Source: Mobula birostris (Eukaryota). Taken from it: a stretch of DNA of 64,000 bases. The translations under genes were made by a program, and so were the position numbers. This document shows, piece by piece, positions 1-12,082 of this stretch (position 1 is its first letter; each line of letters begins with the position of its first letter). Location of the stretch: positions 10,080,181-10,144,180 of the forward strand of contig NC_092371.1 of NCBI RefSeq assembly GCF_030028105.1, in the 5' to 3' direction. The notes under the pieces were generated by a model. That model ran no database searches, had not been told where the DNA came from, and saw only the letters and a program-made list of their open reading frames with translations.

Positions 1-23
1 TCTCGATGAGCTGTTGACCAAGG

Positions 24-32
24 AAAGGATAT
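24..32 (-). other. U12-type (minor spliceosome) AT-AC intron 5' splice site ATATCCTTT
   Basis: Exact match to RTATCCTTT immediately after the last codon of exon 3 (CAG|ATATCCTTT). Confidence 0.85.
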
Positions 33-134
33 CTGTCGCCTGTGCGGCGACATCAGCCTGGCGACCTGCACCCGCTCTACCAGACCGTGATGCCGCGTTC
101 CCCGGCTTGAGTCCAGCCCAGAGTTGAAGGGACT
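33..134 (-). CDS. CRTC2: CRTC2 coding exon 3 ([34 protein letters not shown])
   Basis: ctgcag acceptor at 140-135, 102 nt, phase 0/0; resembles CRTC2 [17 protein letters not shown] motif; followed by ATATCCTTT donor. Gene continues off the left edge. Confidence 0.9.
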
Positions 135-299
135 CTGCAGATCAGAGCAAGATGAGACGTGAGCGCAGAGCAGACCAACCTGACGGCATCAACCCAGTGT
201 TCATAGAACATAGAACAGTACAGCACAGCACAACACAGGCCCTTCGGCCCACAATAGGACAGCACAGCAGTATATTTCACTGGAGTTATTGCTGATTAA

Positions 300-590
300 T
301 AAAATAGAATGGTATTATATATTTAATTAGAGATATAGTGAGGAACGGACTCTTTCGGCCCAACGAGCCTCACCACCCAGCACCCACCTATTTAACCCCA
401 GACTAATCACAGGACAATTTACAGTGACTAATTAACCTACTAACCCATACGTCTTTGGACTGTGGGAGGAAACTGGACCACCTGGAGGAAACCCACACAG
501 TCACGAGAAGAACATAAATCTTCAGAAGGCACCGGAATTGAACTCTGAACTCCAACGTCCCGAGCTGTAATACGGTCACACTAACCACTA
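300..590 (-). mobile_element. V-SINE-like tRNA-derived SINE remnant
   Basis: tgtgggaggaaactggaccacctggaggaaacccacacagtcac is the reverse complement of the V-domain core; similar copies near 23590-23820, 57130-57410, 59120-59400. Confidence 0.55.
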
Positions 591-1444
591 CTTACTGTTC
601 CGACCCTTTAACCTACTCGGAGATCAATCTAACCCTTCCCCCTCACACAGCCCTCTATTTTTCTGTCATCCAGGTGCCTATCTAAGAGTGTTTTGAATGA
701 TCCTAATATATCTGCCCCTACCACCACCCCTGGCCGCAGGTTCCACGTGCCCACCACTCTCTGTGGGTTTGATTGGTGAGGTGGGTTAAGGGTTACGAGG
801 AGAAGGCAGGAGAATGGGGTGAAAAGCAAAAACCCGACAAAGCAGCCCCCTTACACGGCACGGCACCCCGTCTGTCAGAGGACTCTGGTGAGCTGCTGTT
901 GGTGGGCCACGCCCCAGTAGGGGTGATGGGGCTAAAGAAGAAACAGCGGCAGCAACACAGGGCTATTCAGCCCATCGAGACTGTCCACTCAGTCACAGTT
1001 GATCTTCGCTTTCAACCCCATTCTCACCTTAAGTACATTCAAACACTTGGCCTCCACAGCAGCGTGTGGCAATGAATTCCACTGATTCACCACCTTCTTG
1101 CTAAAGAAATTCCTCCTCATTTTCATTCTAAAGGAACATCCTTCCTATTCTGATGCTGTGCCTTCTAGTCCCAGACTTCTCCTGCCCCACCATAGGAAAC
1201 ATCCTCTTCCTCTCAATCCAGGCCTTTCGGTCTCAGGTAGGTTTCACTGAGAACCTAACCCCTCCCCTCCGCCCAATCATCCTTCCAAATTCCACCAAGT
1301 ACAGGCATGAAGACATCAAACGCTGGCCCTCTCTAACGCCAGCACACTGTGGCTGTATTGTGTCCTGGAACAGGACCTGCCTTCAGGGGAGAAGCCAGGA
1401 GAATGGGGTGGAGAGGGAAAATAAATCAGCCACGATGGACTAAC

Positions 1445-2053
1445 GGCAGGAGGAGAAGATGGCGTGCGCAGCTCTCCGGTGAAAAATGATGTTGTGTCTA
1501 TTAAATAGGGGCCGTGAACAATTCTGATTTGATGGAGAATGGACGCGAAATCACAGAGGAACATCTACAGAAATTTCTGAAACGCCCGTTCGCTGCTGTC
1601 GTTACTGTGCGGTCGGGAATCTTTCGCAGGGTAGGCCTCAAAATCCCCGGCCTTGCCTGCTTTTGGCGACCAAGAAGGAGGTCGAATCTTTTGGTAGAGA
1701 TGCCGCTCAGTACTTGGTGTCGGAGAGCTGATCAGAGCTCAAAGTTTTTGGATGACTCAGAGTCAGATTATGGTCGGCATGGCAGGGAGAGTTTTTCTTC
1801 CCTCTCCCGTCTGCGTGAGATGTGGGACATTTGAGAAACTTTGAACTTTACTGTGCTCACAGACTTTCTTCATCAAGTTATGGTATTCTGCACTGTTGTA
1901 ACTATATGTATAATTATGTGGTTTTGTCAGTTTGTTCAGTCTTGGTTTGTCCTGTGTTTTGTGATATCACACCGGAGGAAATAATGTATCATTTCTTAAT
2001 GCATGCATTACTAAATGACAGTAAAAGAGGACTACGTGTCTTCATAATCTAAC
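1445..2053 (+). mobile_element. Non-autonomous retroposon with Rex1-like 3' tail, inserted into a CR1 tail
   Basis: 3' part (tgcactgttgtaactat...gtgtcttcataatctaa) recurs at 2650-3006; interrupts a CR1 3' end, with ctaac on both sides. Confidence 0.5.
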
Positions 2054-2803
2054 AGAGCAGACTTGATGGGCTGAATGACCTAATTCTGCTCCTATATCTT
2101 ATGGTCTTTATAGGAGCTCCCGAGGAGCCTGAGGACGGGTGTCAGGGGAAGCAGACTACCCTTGATGCCACTCAACACTCTGACGTGGAAACGCAGTGCC
2201 TGCACTCACCCGACCCTTCGCCCTTCAGCTTGCTGCTGCTTGTGGGATCCTGCTGTGCACAAAATGACTACCACAACAGGTCCCAAGCTGGCTGAGACAC
2301 GTATGGGGGGGGGAGGGGTTGTCGAGAGTTGCTGGACGAAAGAACAGGCCATTCGGACCACTGCCCCTGTGACAAATTAAACTCAATGCTTTCTAGATGT
2401 AAGACCGTAAGACAGAGGAGCACAGTTTAGCCATTCGGCCCATCGAGTCTGCTCCAGCATTGCATCGTGGCTGTTTTATTATCCCTCTCAATCTTATTCT
2501 CCTTGAGCCATACACCTCCATTCCCCATCCCAAGTCGGTCAAAAAGCCTCTCTAAAACTTCTATTGTATCTGCGTCCACCACCGTCCCATTCAGGCGTCC
2601 ACCACTCTGTTTAAAACTGGTCTATTCTTTAGCAAATTATGGTAGTGCTTTGCACTGTTGTAACTATATGTTATAATTATGTGGTTTTTGTCAGATTTTT
2701 AGTCTTGGTTTGTCTTGTGTTTCTGTGATATCATTCTGGAGGAACATTATATCATTTCTTCATGCATGCATTACTAAATGACAATAAAAGAGGACTGCGT
2801 GTC

Positions 2804-2982
2804 ACACATCAAAGTTGCTGGTGAACGCAGCAGGCCAAGCAGCATCTATAGGAATCCTGACGAAGGGTCTCGGCCTGAAACGTCGACTGCACCTCTTCCT
2901 ACAGATGCTGCCTGGCCTGCTGCGTTCACCAGCAACTTTGATGTGTGTTGCTTGAATTTCCAGCATCTGCAGAATTCCTGTT
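2804..2982 (+). mobile_element. Penelope-like-element terminal fragment forming a hairpin with a hammerhead motif in the loop
   Basis: Inverted arms about 2804-2853 / 2896-2946; 12-bp TSD ggactgcgtgtc at 2792-2803 and 2983-2994; CTGACGA...GAAACGTC at 2857-2884. Confidence 0.75.
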
Positions 2983-3407
2983 GGACTGCGTGTCCTCATA
3001 ATCTAAAAAAAACCATGCCCTGCACATCTCCTTTGATCCTTCCCCCCTCTCATCTAAATGCACGTCCTCTAGCAATTGGCATTTCTGTGCTTGGGCAAAA
3101 GGAGAGCCTGCCCTATCCTTGCCTCTCATAATGCGATAAACCTCAGTCAGCTCTCCCCCTCAGCCTCTGCCGCTCCAGGGAAAACAACCCAAACACTTGT
3201 CCAACCTCTCCATGTAGCATGTGCTCGTGAATCGTAACTGTCCGTGGGAATCCCCTCTCCAGTGAAACTGAGTGAGCACCTTAATTACAGCGTTCAAGCA
3301 CCTTCCCAGACAGAATGTTAGCAATCTCTACACTGAATTGTTTTCTTCAGATGAGTCTGCCACTTTGGAAGGAGCCTGGCAGAGACCAGTTAAGGGCAGC
3401 AGAAACT

Positions 3408-4365
3408 TTTTAACCTCACCGGGACCCCACTCCCCCCACACTCCTCTTAACCTCACTGTGACCCCATTACCCCACTCCCTTTAACCTCACCGTAACTCCA
3501 TTTCCCCTCCCTCCCCACTCCCTTTAACCTCACCGTAACTCCATTTCCCCTCCCTCCCCACTCCTTTTAACCTCACCGTGACCCCATTCACCCCACTCCC
3601 TTTAACCTCACCGTGACCCCATTCACCCCACTCCTTTTAACCTCACCGTGACTCCATTCACCCCACTCCCTTTAACCTCACTGTAACCGCATTTCCCCTC
3701 CCCACTCCCCTTAACCTCACCGTGACTCCATTTGCCCAACTCCCTTTAACCCCACCGTGACCCCATTCACCCCACTCCCTTCAACCTCACCATGACCCCA
3801 TTCACCCCACTCCCTTCAACCTCACCATGACCCCATTCACCCCACTCCCTTTAACCTCACTGTAACTGCATTTCCCCTCCCCACTCCCTTTAACCTCACC
3901 GTGACTCCATTTGCCCAACTCCCTTTAACCTCATCGTGACCCCATTCACCCCACTCCCTTCAACCTCACCATGACCCCATTCACCCCACTCCCTTTAACC
4001 TCACCGTGACCCCATTCGCCCCGCTCCCTTTAACCTCACCGTGATCCCATTCACCCCACTCCCTTTAACCTCACTGTAACCGCATTTCCCCTCCCCACTC
4101 CCTTTAAACCCTCACTGTGACCCCGTTCACCCCACTCCCTTTAACCTCACCGTGACCCTATTCCCCCACTCCCTTTAACCTCACCGTGACCCCATTCACC
4201 CCACTCCCTTTAACCCTCACTGTGACCCCGTTCACCCCACTCCCTTTAACCTCACTGTGACCCTATTCCCCCACTCCCTTTAACCTCACCGTTGACACCA
4301 TTTCCCCAACACTCCCTTAAATTTCAACAGGACCCCATTATTCCCACACTCCCTTTAACCTCATC
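3408..4365. repeat. 35-bp C-rich minisatellite (ccctttaacctcaccgtgaccccattcaccccact)n in CRTC2 intron 2
   Basis: Directly visible tandem array with unit variants. Confidence 0.95.
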
Positions 4366-4599
4366 AAATTCTCCTCTTCCGCACACCTTTAAAACAACCT
4401 TGAAAATTTTGCTGTAATTTTCCTTCTGTTTCAAAATATACTTTATTCATAAAAATTCTAATGTACATAAAACAAACAGGTAAATATTTTCACGTTATAA
4501 CATCAGCACGTTATCAGTTAGTAACTTTTGTGGAGTTAAGTGGTTCATGAAAAAGCAAAGTGAGCTAAAACAAGTGGAAAAAGTTGTTGGAACTCTGCA

Positions 4600-5000
4600 G
4601 TTCGGGTGACATCTATAGGGGTAGCCTCCAACCTTATGGCGTGAACATCAATCACTCTCCCTTCTCTTTCTCCATTCCACATTCTGGTTCCCCACTCAGC
4701 CCTTCTCTTCTTCTCAGCGGCCATCACTTCCCTGTTTCTCACTTAATCCACCGTTCCCCACACAGCCACCTTCCCCCTCACTAGGTCTCATGTATCACCT
4801 GCCAGCTTGTACCCCTCCCGTCACCCCCTTCCTATTATTCACCCTCTCAGCCCCCTTCCCATCCATTCCTCATGACAGGTCTCGGCCCAAAGTGTCAGCT
4901 GCTTATTCTCCTCCATATTTGTTACCTGACCCGCTGAGTTCCTCCAGCACTTTGTGCGTGTTGCTCAAAGTTTCCAGCATCTGCAAAATCTCTTGTGTTG
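4600..5000 (+). mobile_element. Penelope-like element 3' fragment
   Basis: GSLQPYGVNI resembles the GIY-YIG C-terminal LGTLQPDGMNI motif; pyrimidine tract; degenerate hammerhead-like terminal sequence. Confidence 0.6.
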
Positions 5001-5216
5001 ATGAAAGTTAGCTAAAGGTTTGTAAGGTGATTAAAAAGTGTAACATTCAATTGTTTAGAAAATCAGGCGGTCCAGCAGCAGAGGCCAGAGAGTGTCTTAG
5101 CAAAAGGTTTGAAGACCCCTAGAGCTGAGCGGAGGCAAGAAGTGCCACTGACCCCTGATTCAGTCTCGTTCGGGAGGTGCATCAGAGCAACCATTAGTGA
5201 CGAAGAGGTATGGTAC

Positions 5217-5327
5217 CTGGAACTCAGAAGTGTTGCTCGAGATGGCGTTGACGTTCGGTAGCGAGCCTCCATAATACTGCCCTCGTGTCTGTGACAGGCG
5301 AAGCTGGTGCACTTTCTGAGCTTGTAA
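5217..5327 (-). CDS. CRTC2: CRTC2 coding exon 2 ([37 protein letters not shown])
   Basis: ttccag acceptor, gtacc donor, 111 nt phase 0/0; CRTC hallmark [10 protein letters not shown]. Confidence 0.95.
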
Positions 5328-5403
5328 CTGGAAGGGTGGGGTATGGAAAAGGACAAGGTTAAGTGGGCAGGCAAAGTGTGCACGTGTGTACAGGTACATG
5401 ACA

Positions 5404-5588
5404 NNNNNNNNNNNNNNNNNNNNNNNNNNNNNNNNNNNNNNNNNNNNNNNNNNNNNNNNNNNNNNNNNNNNNNNNNNNNNNNNNNNNNNNNNNNNNNNNN
5501 NNNNNNNNNNNNNNNNNNNNNNNNNNNNNNNNNNNNNNNNNNNNNNNNNNNNNNNNNNNNNNNNNNNNNNNNNNNNNNNNNNNNNNNN
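5404..5588. other. Assembly gap (N run) next to a CA-rich microsatellite (5589-5712)
   Basis: Run of N. Confidence 1.
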
Positions 5589-6809
5589 CACAGAAACAGG
5601 CACACACATACAAACACAGACACACATGCACAGATGCACAGATACAAAGACACATGCACACGCGTGCAGGCACACAGATACACACGACACAGACAAGCAC
5701 ACACACACACACAAGCAAGGCTGAGCAGACAGAAGAAAACCAATTCAATCCAACCATCAGCAAGAACCCAGAATCATCAAGACCCAGTGGATGAAAGCCA
5801 TGGCCATTATACAATGTCAAATACAGGTGCCTCAATGAGAATGAGATCATGAGATTATCCAGACAAGAGAAGGGCCATCCCCTCCAGTGCTGTATCCATG
5901 TGTTTGATAGTGACAAACCCTCCCCACCAGTACTATACCCCCGATGTTTTACAGGACAAACCTGTCCCCACCAGTATTGTACCTCGGTGTTACACAGTGA
6001 CAGACCTGTCTCTTCCTGAAACCTAAACAATCAGCAGAAACCACTGCTTCCACAGAAAACTATTAAAATACCCTACAGCATTAGCAGCAAAATCTTAGCC
6101 AGGGCATTACACTACCTCCCACCCCACTAAAAATAGTCATGTCCTCATGACTTTGAGATTTATTAACCCATCAGCAGAGTTTTCAAAGGAATTTCATGAG
6201 GTTGGGACCTCCAATCCACTTGTAAATGGCCATGACACATCTCACTCTGGGGATAGATGTGACACTGTTTTCCCGGTGCATCATACACCAGTCTATCTGG
6301 CGTTTCCTGACTCTCTGAGACTTCCTTCTTCCACCTTCAGCTCTTATAGCTTCAAACACCCCTTGTGACTCTTCCTATCTACCACTCATGTCTTCTGGCG
6401 TCTCAGGTTTCCCTGCTCTGTGACTGAACTTAGTTTCCTTCAGTGTAAGCAGGTGCTGCTAAACATCTTCAAACCCCACTGGTGCTAACCGGTGAGACCT
6501 CTGTCAGAATAGTGTGGCATAATCAGCATCAGACTCGTCAGCAAAAAACTCATCTTCACATCCCAACATCTCTGTTAATCTCCTTTTCCATTCCTTCGAC
6601 ATTCTGGCAAACTTAGGGCTTCCTGTCACCCTAGCTACTCCTCTAAGACGTAACATGACAGGTTGAGACTGGGTGCACCACACAGTTCCTCGTTTCTGCT
6701 CATCGTCCTGCTTAGGAGGAACTTGCACTTTCTCAAAAGCAGCTCTGAACACAGGGTGAATGGACGAGGTTTTCAAAAGATTCTCTCCATCTCTGTGGTT
6801 AAGAAGGCA

Positions 6810-7455
6810 TACAGTGCATTGGCTCTCTGTGGTTAAGAAGGCATACAGTACATTGGCCTTTATCAATTGTGGGATTGAGTTTAAGAGCTGAGAAGTAATG
6901 TTGCAGCTATATAGGACCCTGGTCACACCCCACTTGGAGTTCTGGTCACCTCACTACAGAAGGGATGTGAAAACCATAGAAAGGGTGCAGAAGAGATTTA
7001 CAAGGATGTTGCCTGGATTAGGGAGCATGCCTTATGAGAATAGGTTGAGTGAACTCGGTCTTTTCTTCTTGGAGCGATGGAGGGTGAGAGGTGACCTGAC
7101 AGAGGTGTACAAGATAATGTGAGGCATTGATTATGTGGATAGTCAGAGGCTTTTTCCCAGGGCTAAAATGGCTAGTGCAAGAGAGCACAGTTTTAAGGTG
7201 CTTGGAAGTAGGTACAGAGGAGATATCAGGGGTAAGATTTTTACGCAGAGAGTGGTGAGTTTGTGGAATGGGTTGCTGGCGGTGGTGGTGGAGGAGGAAA
7301 CGATAGAGTCTTTTAAGAGACTCCTGGATGGATACATGGAGCTTAGAAAAATAGAGGCTATGGGTAAGCCTAGGTAGTTCTAAGGTAAGGACATGTTCAG
7401 CACAGTTTTGTGGGCCAAAGGGCCTGTACTGTGCTGTAGGTTTCTATGTTTCTCT
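6810..7455 (+). mobile_element. CR1-clade LINE 3' fragment nested in the Gypsy element
   Basis: LYRTLVTPHLE..WSPHYRRD..IERVQKRFTRMLPGL; CR1 tail ttctatgtttct. Confidence 0.9.
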
Positions 7456-7769
7456 GCTTGCATGCTCCCAGCAGCCTTCTCACAACGGCAGTGTTTGTCC
7501 CCACAAGAATGGAAGCTCCACCCTTTTCAACCGGATCCGGGCAGACCAACACTGGTGTATCAATAGTCTCAGTTACTCCAACATCTGCTTCAAAAACTCT
7601 AGTTTCAATGTCAAGTAACCATTGTATAGATGCTCATCAGTACTAAGCCCCAAAATCTCAAGTGAATCCATGGTGAATACATCAAAACCCAGTTGTAAAA
7701 GGTTCTATAAAGAAACTTGAGAACCTGTGTCATGTACGGCCCTGGCATAAACATCTTCAATCTGTCACA

Positions 7770-8320
7770 GTCATAGTCATAGTCATACTTTATTAATCCC
7801 GGGGGAAATTGGTTTTCGTTACAGTTGCTCCATAAATAATAGATAGTAATAACCATAAATAGTTAAATAGTAATATGTAAATTATGCCAGGAAATAAGTC
7901 CAGGACCAGCCTATTGGCTCAGGCTGTCTGACCCTCCAAGGGAGGAGTTGTAAAGTTTGATGGCCACAGGCAGGAATGACTTCCTATGACGCTCTGTGTT
8001 GTATCTCGGAAGAATGAGTCTCTGGCTGAATGTACTCCTGTGCCCAACCAGTACATTATGTAGTGGATGGGAGACATTGACCAAGATGGCATGCAACTTA
8101 GACAGCATCCTCTTTTCAGACACCACCATCAGAGAGTCCAGTTCCATCCCCACAACATCACTGGCCTTACAAATGAGTTTGTTGATTCTGTTGGTGTCTG
8201 CCACCCTCAGCCTGCTGCCCCAGCACACAACAGCAAACATGATCGCACTGGCCACCACAGACTCGTAGAACATCCTCAGCATCGTCCGGCAGATGTTAAA
8301 GGACCTCAGTCTCCTCAGGA
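7770..8320 (-). mobile_element. Rex1/Babar-type LINE 3' fragment
   Basis: LRMFYESVVASAIMFAVVCWG...RHRKSFLPVAIKLYN; (actatg)n tail. Confidence 0.8.
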
Positions 8321-9081
8321 TACATCAGAGCTTGGTCCCACTAAACCTTCAGGAATATTGCTTTGTACTTTGATATTTCCTTTGATACACTGATAGGCAC
8401 GTATCCTCTCCAAAACGCCAGCCTGCTCCTTCACTGGGTCCTTCTGTAGTTTTACCTCTTCTCTGTGTGATTAACGGCTGATTTACTTTTCAAAGATTTT
8501 CCTGTCCTTCAAACTCCCGCTTGAAATGTCCACCTTCTCCGCAGTTGTAACGGAAAATACCGGTTGCTTCCCTGGTTAAGAGACCCCCTTCAGTAGCATT
8601 GGTACGTCCCACCAGTGGGTCCGGCTTCCTATCGGTTTTGCCAGGCTTGGTGGCAGCACCAACCAACATCATCCGAGATACCCCGGCCCTCAGATCTTTC
8701 ATGACACCTTGCAAAATCCCCACTTGTGCAGCATCAGTGGTTGCTTGAGCAACAGAGACTACTACCGAAGCCTGTGCCCTGCTGATGGAGACTCCCACTC
8801 CCCTACTGCATTTTCCACCTCTAACTTCTCCGAGTAACTCGGTAAAAGATGGAGGAGGGAGCATTTGCGGGTCATTCGAATGCGTAGAGCAATCCCAATA
8901 TGTGACAGCGCGCCATGCTCAAGCAATTTCTCTCAGACAGCTGAATGCCCCTTTTGTGGCACAAACAGAGCAGCAGCTTCGTTCCTTCCTCCTGAAATAT
9001 CTGCCTAAGATTGGCTGCACTTTCTGCAGTGCCAAAAGTATCATCCAGAGCTTTCAGGTAATTAGCCAATGTAGCCAATAG

Positions 9082-10111
9082 GGGACAAGTTCTCCTCTAC
9101 AATCACTCTGAGCACCGGTGCCCCACAAGGCTGTGTACTCAGCCCCCTGCTGTACTCACTGTACACCCATGATTGTGTAGCCAAGTTTCCATCAAACTCA
9201 ATATATAAGTTTGCTGATGTCACAATAATTGTAGGTCGTATCTCGGGTAATGATGAGTTTGAGTACAGAGAGGAAATTAAGAACCTGGTGGCATGGTGCG
9301 AAGACAATAACCTATCCCTCAATGTCAGCAAGATGAAGGAATTGGTTGTTGACTTCAGAAGGAGTAGCGGACCGCACGACCCAATTTACATCAGTGGTGC
9401 GCAAGTGGAACAGGTCAAAAGCTTTAAATTTCTCAGGGTCAATATCACAAATGACCTGACTTGGTCCAACCAAGCAGAGTCCACTGCCAAGAAGGCCCAC
9501 CAGCGCCTTTACTTCCTGAGAAAATTAAAGAAATTTGGCCTGTCCCCTAAAACCCTCACTAATTTTTATAGATGCTCCGTAGAAAGCATTCTTCTAGGGT
9601 GTATCACAACCTGTTATGGAAGTTCTCCTGTCCAAGACCGGAAGAAGCTACAGAAAATCATGAACACGGCGCAGCGCATCACACAAACCAATCTTCCGTC
9701 CTTGGACTCACTTTACACCGCATGCTGTCGGAGCAGTGCTGCCAGGATAATCAAGGACACGACCCACCGAGCCAACTTTTTGTCCCTCTTCCCTCCGGGA
9801 GAAGGCTCAGGAGCTTGAAGACTCATATGGCTAGATTTGGCAACAGCTTCTTTCCAACTGTGATAAGGCTGCTGAACGGATCCTGACCCGGATCTGGGCC
9901 GTACCCACCAAATATCCGGACCTGCCTCTCGGTTTTTTTGCACTACCTTACTTTCCATTTTACTACTTTCCATTTATGATTTATAATTTAAATTTTTCAT
10001 ATTTACTATTGATTTGTAATCCAGGGAGGGGGAAGCGCAGAATCAAATATCGCTGTGATGATTTATGTTCTAGTATCAATTGTTTGGCGACAATAAAATA
10101 TAAAGTATAAA
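9082..10111 (+). mobile_element. Rex1/Babar LINE 3' fragment (RT C-terminal half)
   Basis: [53 protein letters not shown]; TSD-like gtagccaatag / gtagctaatgg. Confidence 0.9.
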
Positions 10112-10344
10112 GTAGCTAATGGATTTTTGCCTTGAGGAACCTCACTATATCAGCCGCCGGCCCCTTTTAGCTCTCTACCTGTCTCAGTTTTTTTCACATT
10201 GTCCGAGAACTGCCATTCACCCAGTAACTGAGATGTCTGTTCAGCCCAAGTCACATATTCTTCTTCCCCATCGGTTGTGAGCTTGACCCCAGCCGACAAT
10301 AACTTTGGCTTTCCGCAGATATACTTCTGCATTTATCAACCAGT

Positions 10345-11180
10345 GATGAAATAGTGATTCACAATTGGAGGCCATAATATAAATAACATCAGATATGCTG
10401 ATGACATCGTACTAATAGCTGACTCGGAAACAAAACTTCAGGAACTACTCACTATCGTGGCAGCAGAAAGTAATCGCAGAGGCCTCTCAATCAACACCAG
10501 GAAGACAGAAAGCATGGTCATCTCCAGAAAGACAAACATCCCACAATGTGTGATCAAGATCAGAAACACAAACATAAAACAACTCAACAAATTCAGATAT
10601 CTTGGCAGCCTAATAACAAGTGATGGCAGGTGCGACACAGATATCAAATACAGAATAGCAATGGCAAAAGAAGCTTTCCAAAAAATGAAGACCATATTAA
10701 CAAACAGAAAGATGAGCACGTACACTAAAAACAGAATACCGCAGTGCTACATTTATTCTATCCTGACTTATGGAAGTGAATGCTGGACCATTTCTCCAGC
10801 AATGGGAAAGAGACTAGAAGCAGCTGAATTATGGTTCTACAGGAGAATGTTAAAAATATCATGGACCACACACACATCAAATGAAGAAGTTCTCAGAAGA
10901 GCCCAAGCAGTTCGATCACTCATACCAACAATAAGAGAAAGACAACTCAGATTTCTAGGACACATCATGCGGAAAGATGAACTAGAAATACTCATACTCT
11001 CTGGAAAGATCGAGGGGAGCAAACCTAGAGGAAGACCTCAGCTTACGTACATCAAAAGCCTAGCCAGGTGGCTACACATCGAGGAAATGGAAGTCATCCA
11101 AAGAACAAGGGATAGATCTATATGGAAAACCATGGTCACCAACATCCACATTGGATATGGTACCTAGACAGACGGACAGA
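10345..11180 (+). mobile_element. RTE-clade LINE 3' fragment
   Basis: INNIRYADDIVLIA, FRYLGSLITSDGRC, LTYGSECWT, GKIEGSKPRGRP; short gaca tail. Confidence 0.9.
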
Positions 11181-11743
11181 TGTAATAGCCAAAATGAGCT
11201 CAGAAATTAAATCAACTGCTGAAGAACTCAGGAGACCTTTCCCATTAGACAACTCCTTTTCCTCACTCCACAGAAACGAGAGCAATTTGTCTTTAAAGTC
11301 TCCACCCTCAGCTATGGGAAACTCATCTTCCAAACTGGCAGCCTCACTTACACTCCCCTCTTCTCTGAAAGTACGGACGGCCCATGGCCCTGCTTCTCCA
11401 GGTGCCCCAGTCATACCAGGCAGATCCACTCCCGTCATATCATTGCCAGTCTCAACTAAAACAACGCCTTTGCCCGCTGCTCGGTCAAACTGACGTTCCA
11501 TGATTGTAACTTTCCCCAATACTGAAACCACACTTAAAACTCTGATCAGCAATTCATCTGGGCTGTGGATATGCAACCCGCTCAGAACACAAGCATTAGT
11601 TACAGGTGATCTCTTTGAATCACATCAACGCTTATCGCTGTGGCATCCATAATCACGAATCTTAACCACTTTCCCGGACACAGGCTTAAACACACACCTC
11701 ACTTAATCAATTCTTAGCAAATATACAGCATTCAGTGAATCCA

Positions 11744-11761
11744 ATCTCAGACGAGCCCCCA
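11744..11761 (-). other. Primer-binding site complementary to the tRNA-Pro 3' end
   Basis: TGGGGGCTCGTCTGAGAT versus canonical TGGGGGCTCGTCCGGGAT (16/18), upstream of gag. Confidence 0.75.
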
Positions 11762-12082
11762 AAAATAACCCCTTTTTCCCGGGCATCTCGAGAAACACGG
11801 CTCACCAGCTCCTCACTAACAGCCACTGGACTCAGCGGTGACAAAACCACCTTTCTCAAACTTCGTGCATGTAGGACTAATATCACCGGGATACTAATAA
11901 AACCGGGAAGTTGGGATGTTTCTACCACCCAAACCCTGATCTGTGCAAATACTGCTCTCAACCATCTTCCCTCTTGTTTCCTCACAGCTCCCGGTAAATC
12001 CACCTCGACCCACACAAGTTTCCGCCCAACTTTCTCTAGAACCTTCTCTCAATGCCAGCATCCTGATTAGGTGTAACACAAT

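Larger units (their letters stand above)
6020..12080 (-). mobile_element. Decayed Ty3/Gypsy LTR retrotransposon with PNMA-type gag, fragmented by nested LINEs
   Basis: PBS 11744-11761; gag pieces about 11190-11650, 10125-10345 (GEEEYVTWAEQTSQLLGEWQFSD), 8490-9078 (YLKALDDTFG; degenerate knuckle YNCGEGGH); protease-like about 7480-7760; RT start near 6430-6500 (RLAPVGFEDV*QHLLTLKE); PPT about 6112-6128 then TGTAATGCCC LTR start at 6111. Confidence 0.75.

Noticed and set aside
5063-6030. Long ORFs spanning the N run
   Set aside because: Produced by the assembly gap and CA repeat; only 5217-5327 is a real exon.
8490-11650. Domesticated PNMA-like host gene
   Set aside because: Frameshifted, interrupted by LINEs, and accompanied by PBS, pol remnants and PPT, so it is a dead retrotransposon.
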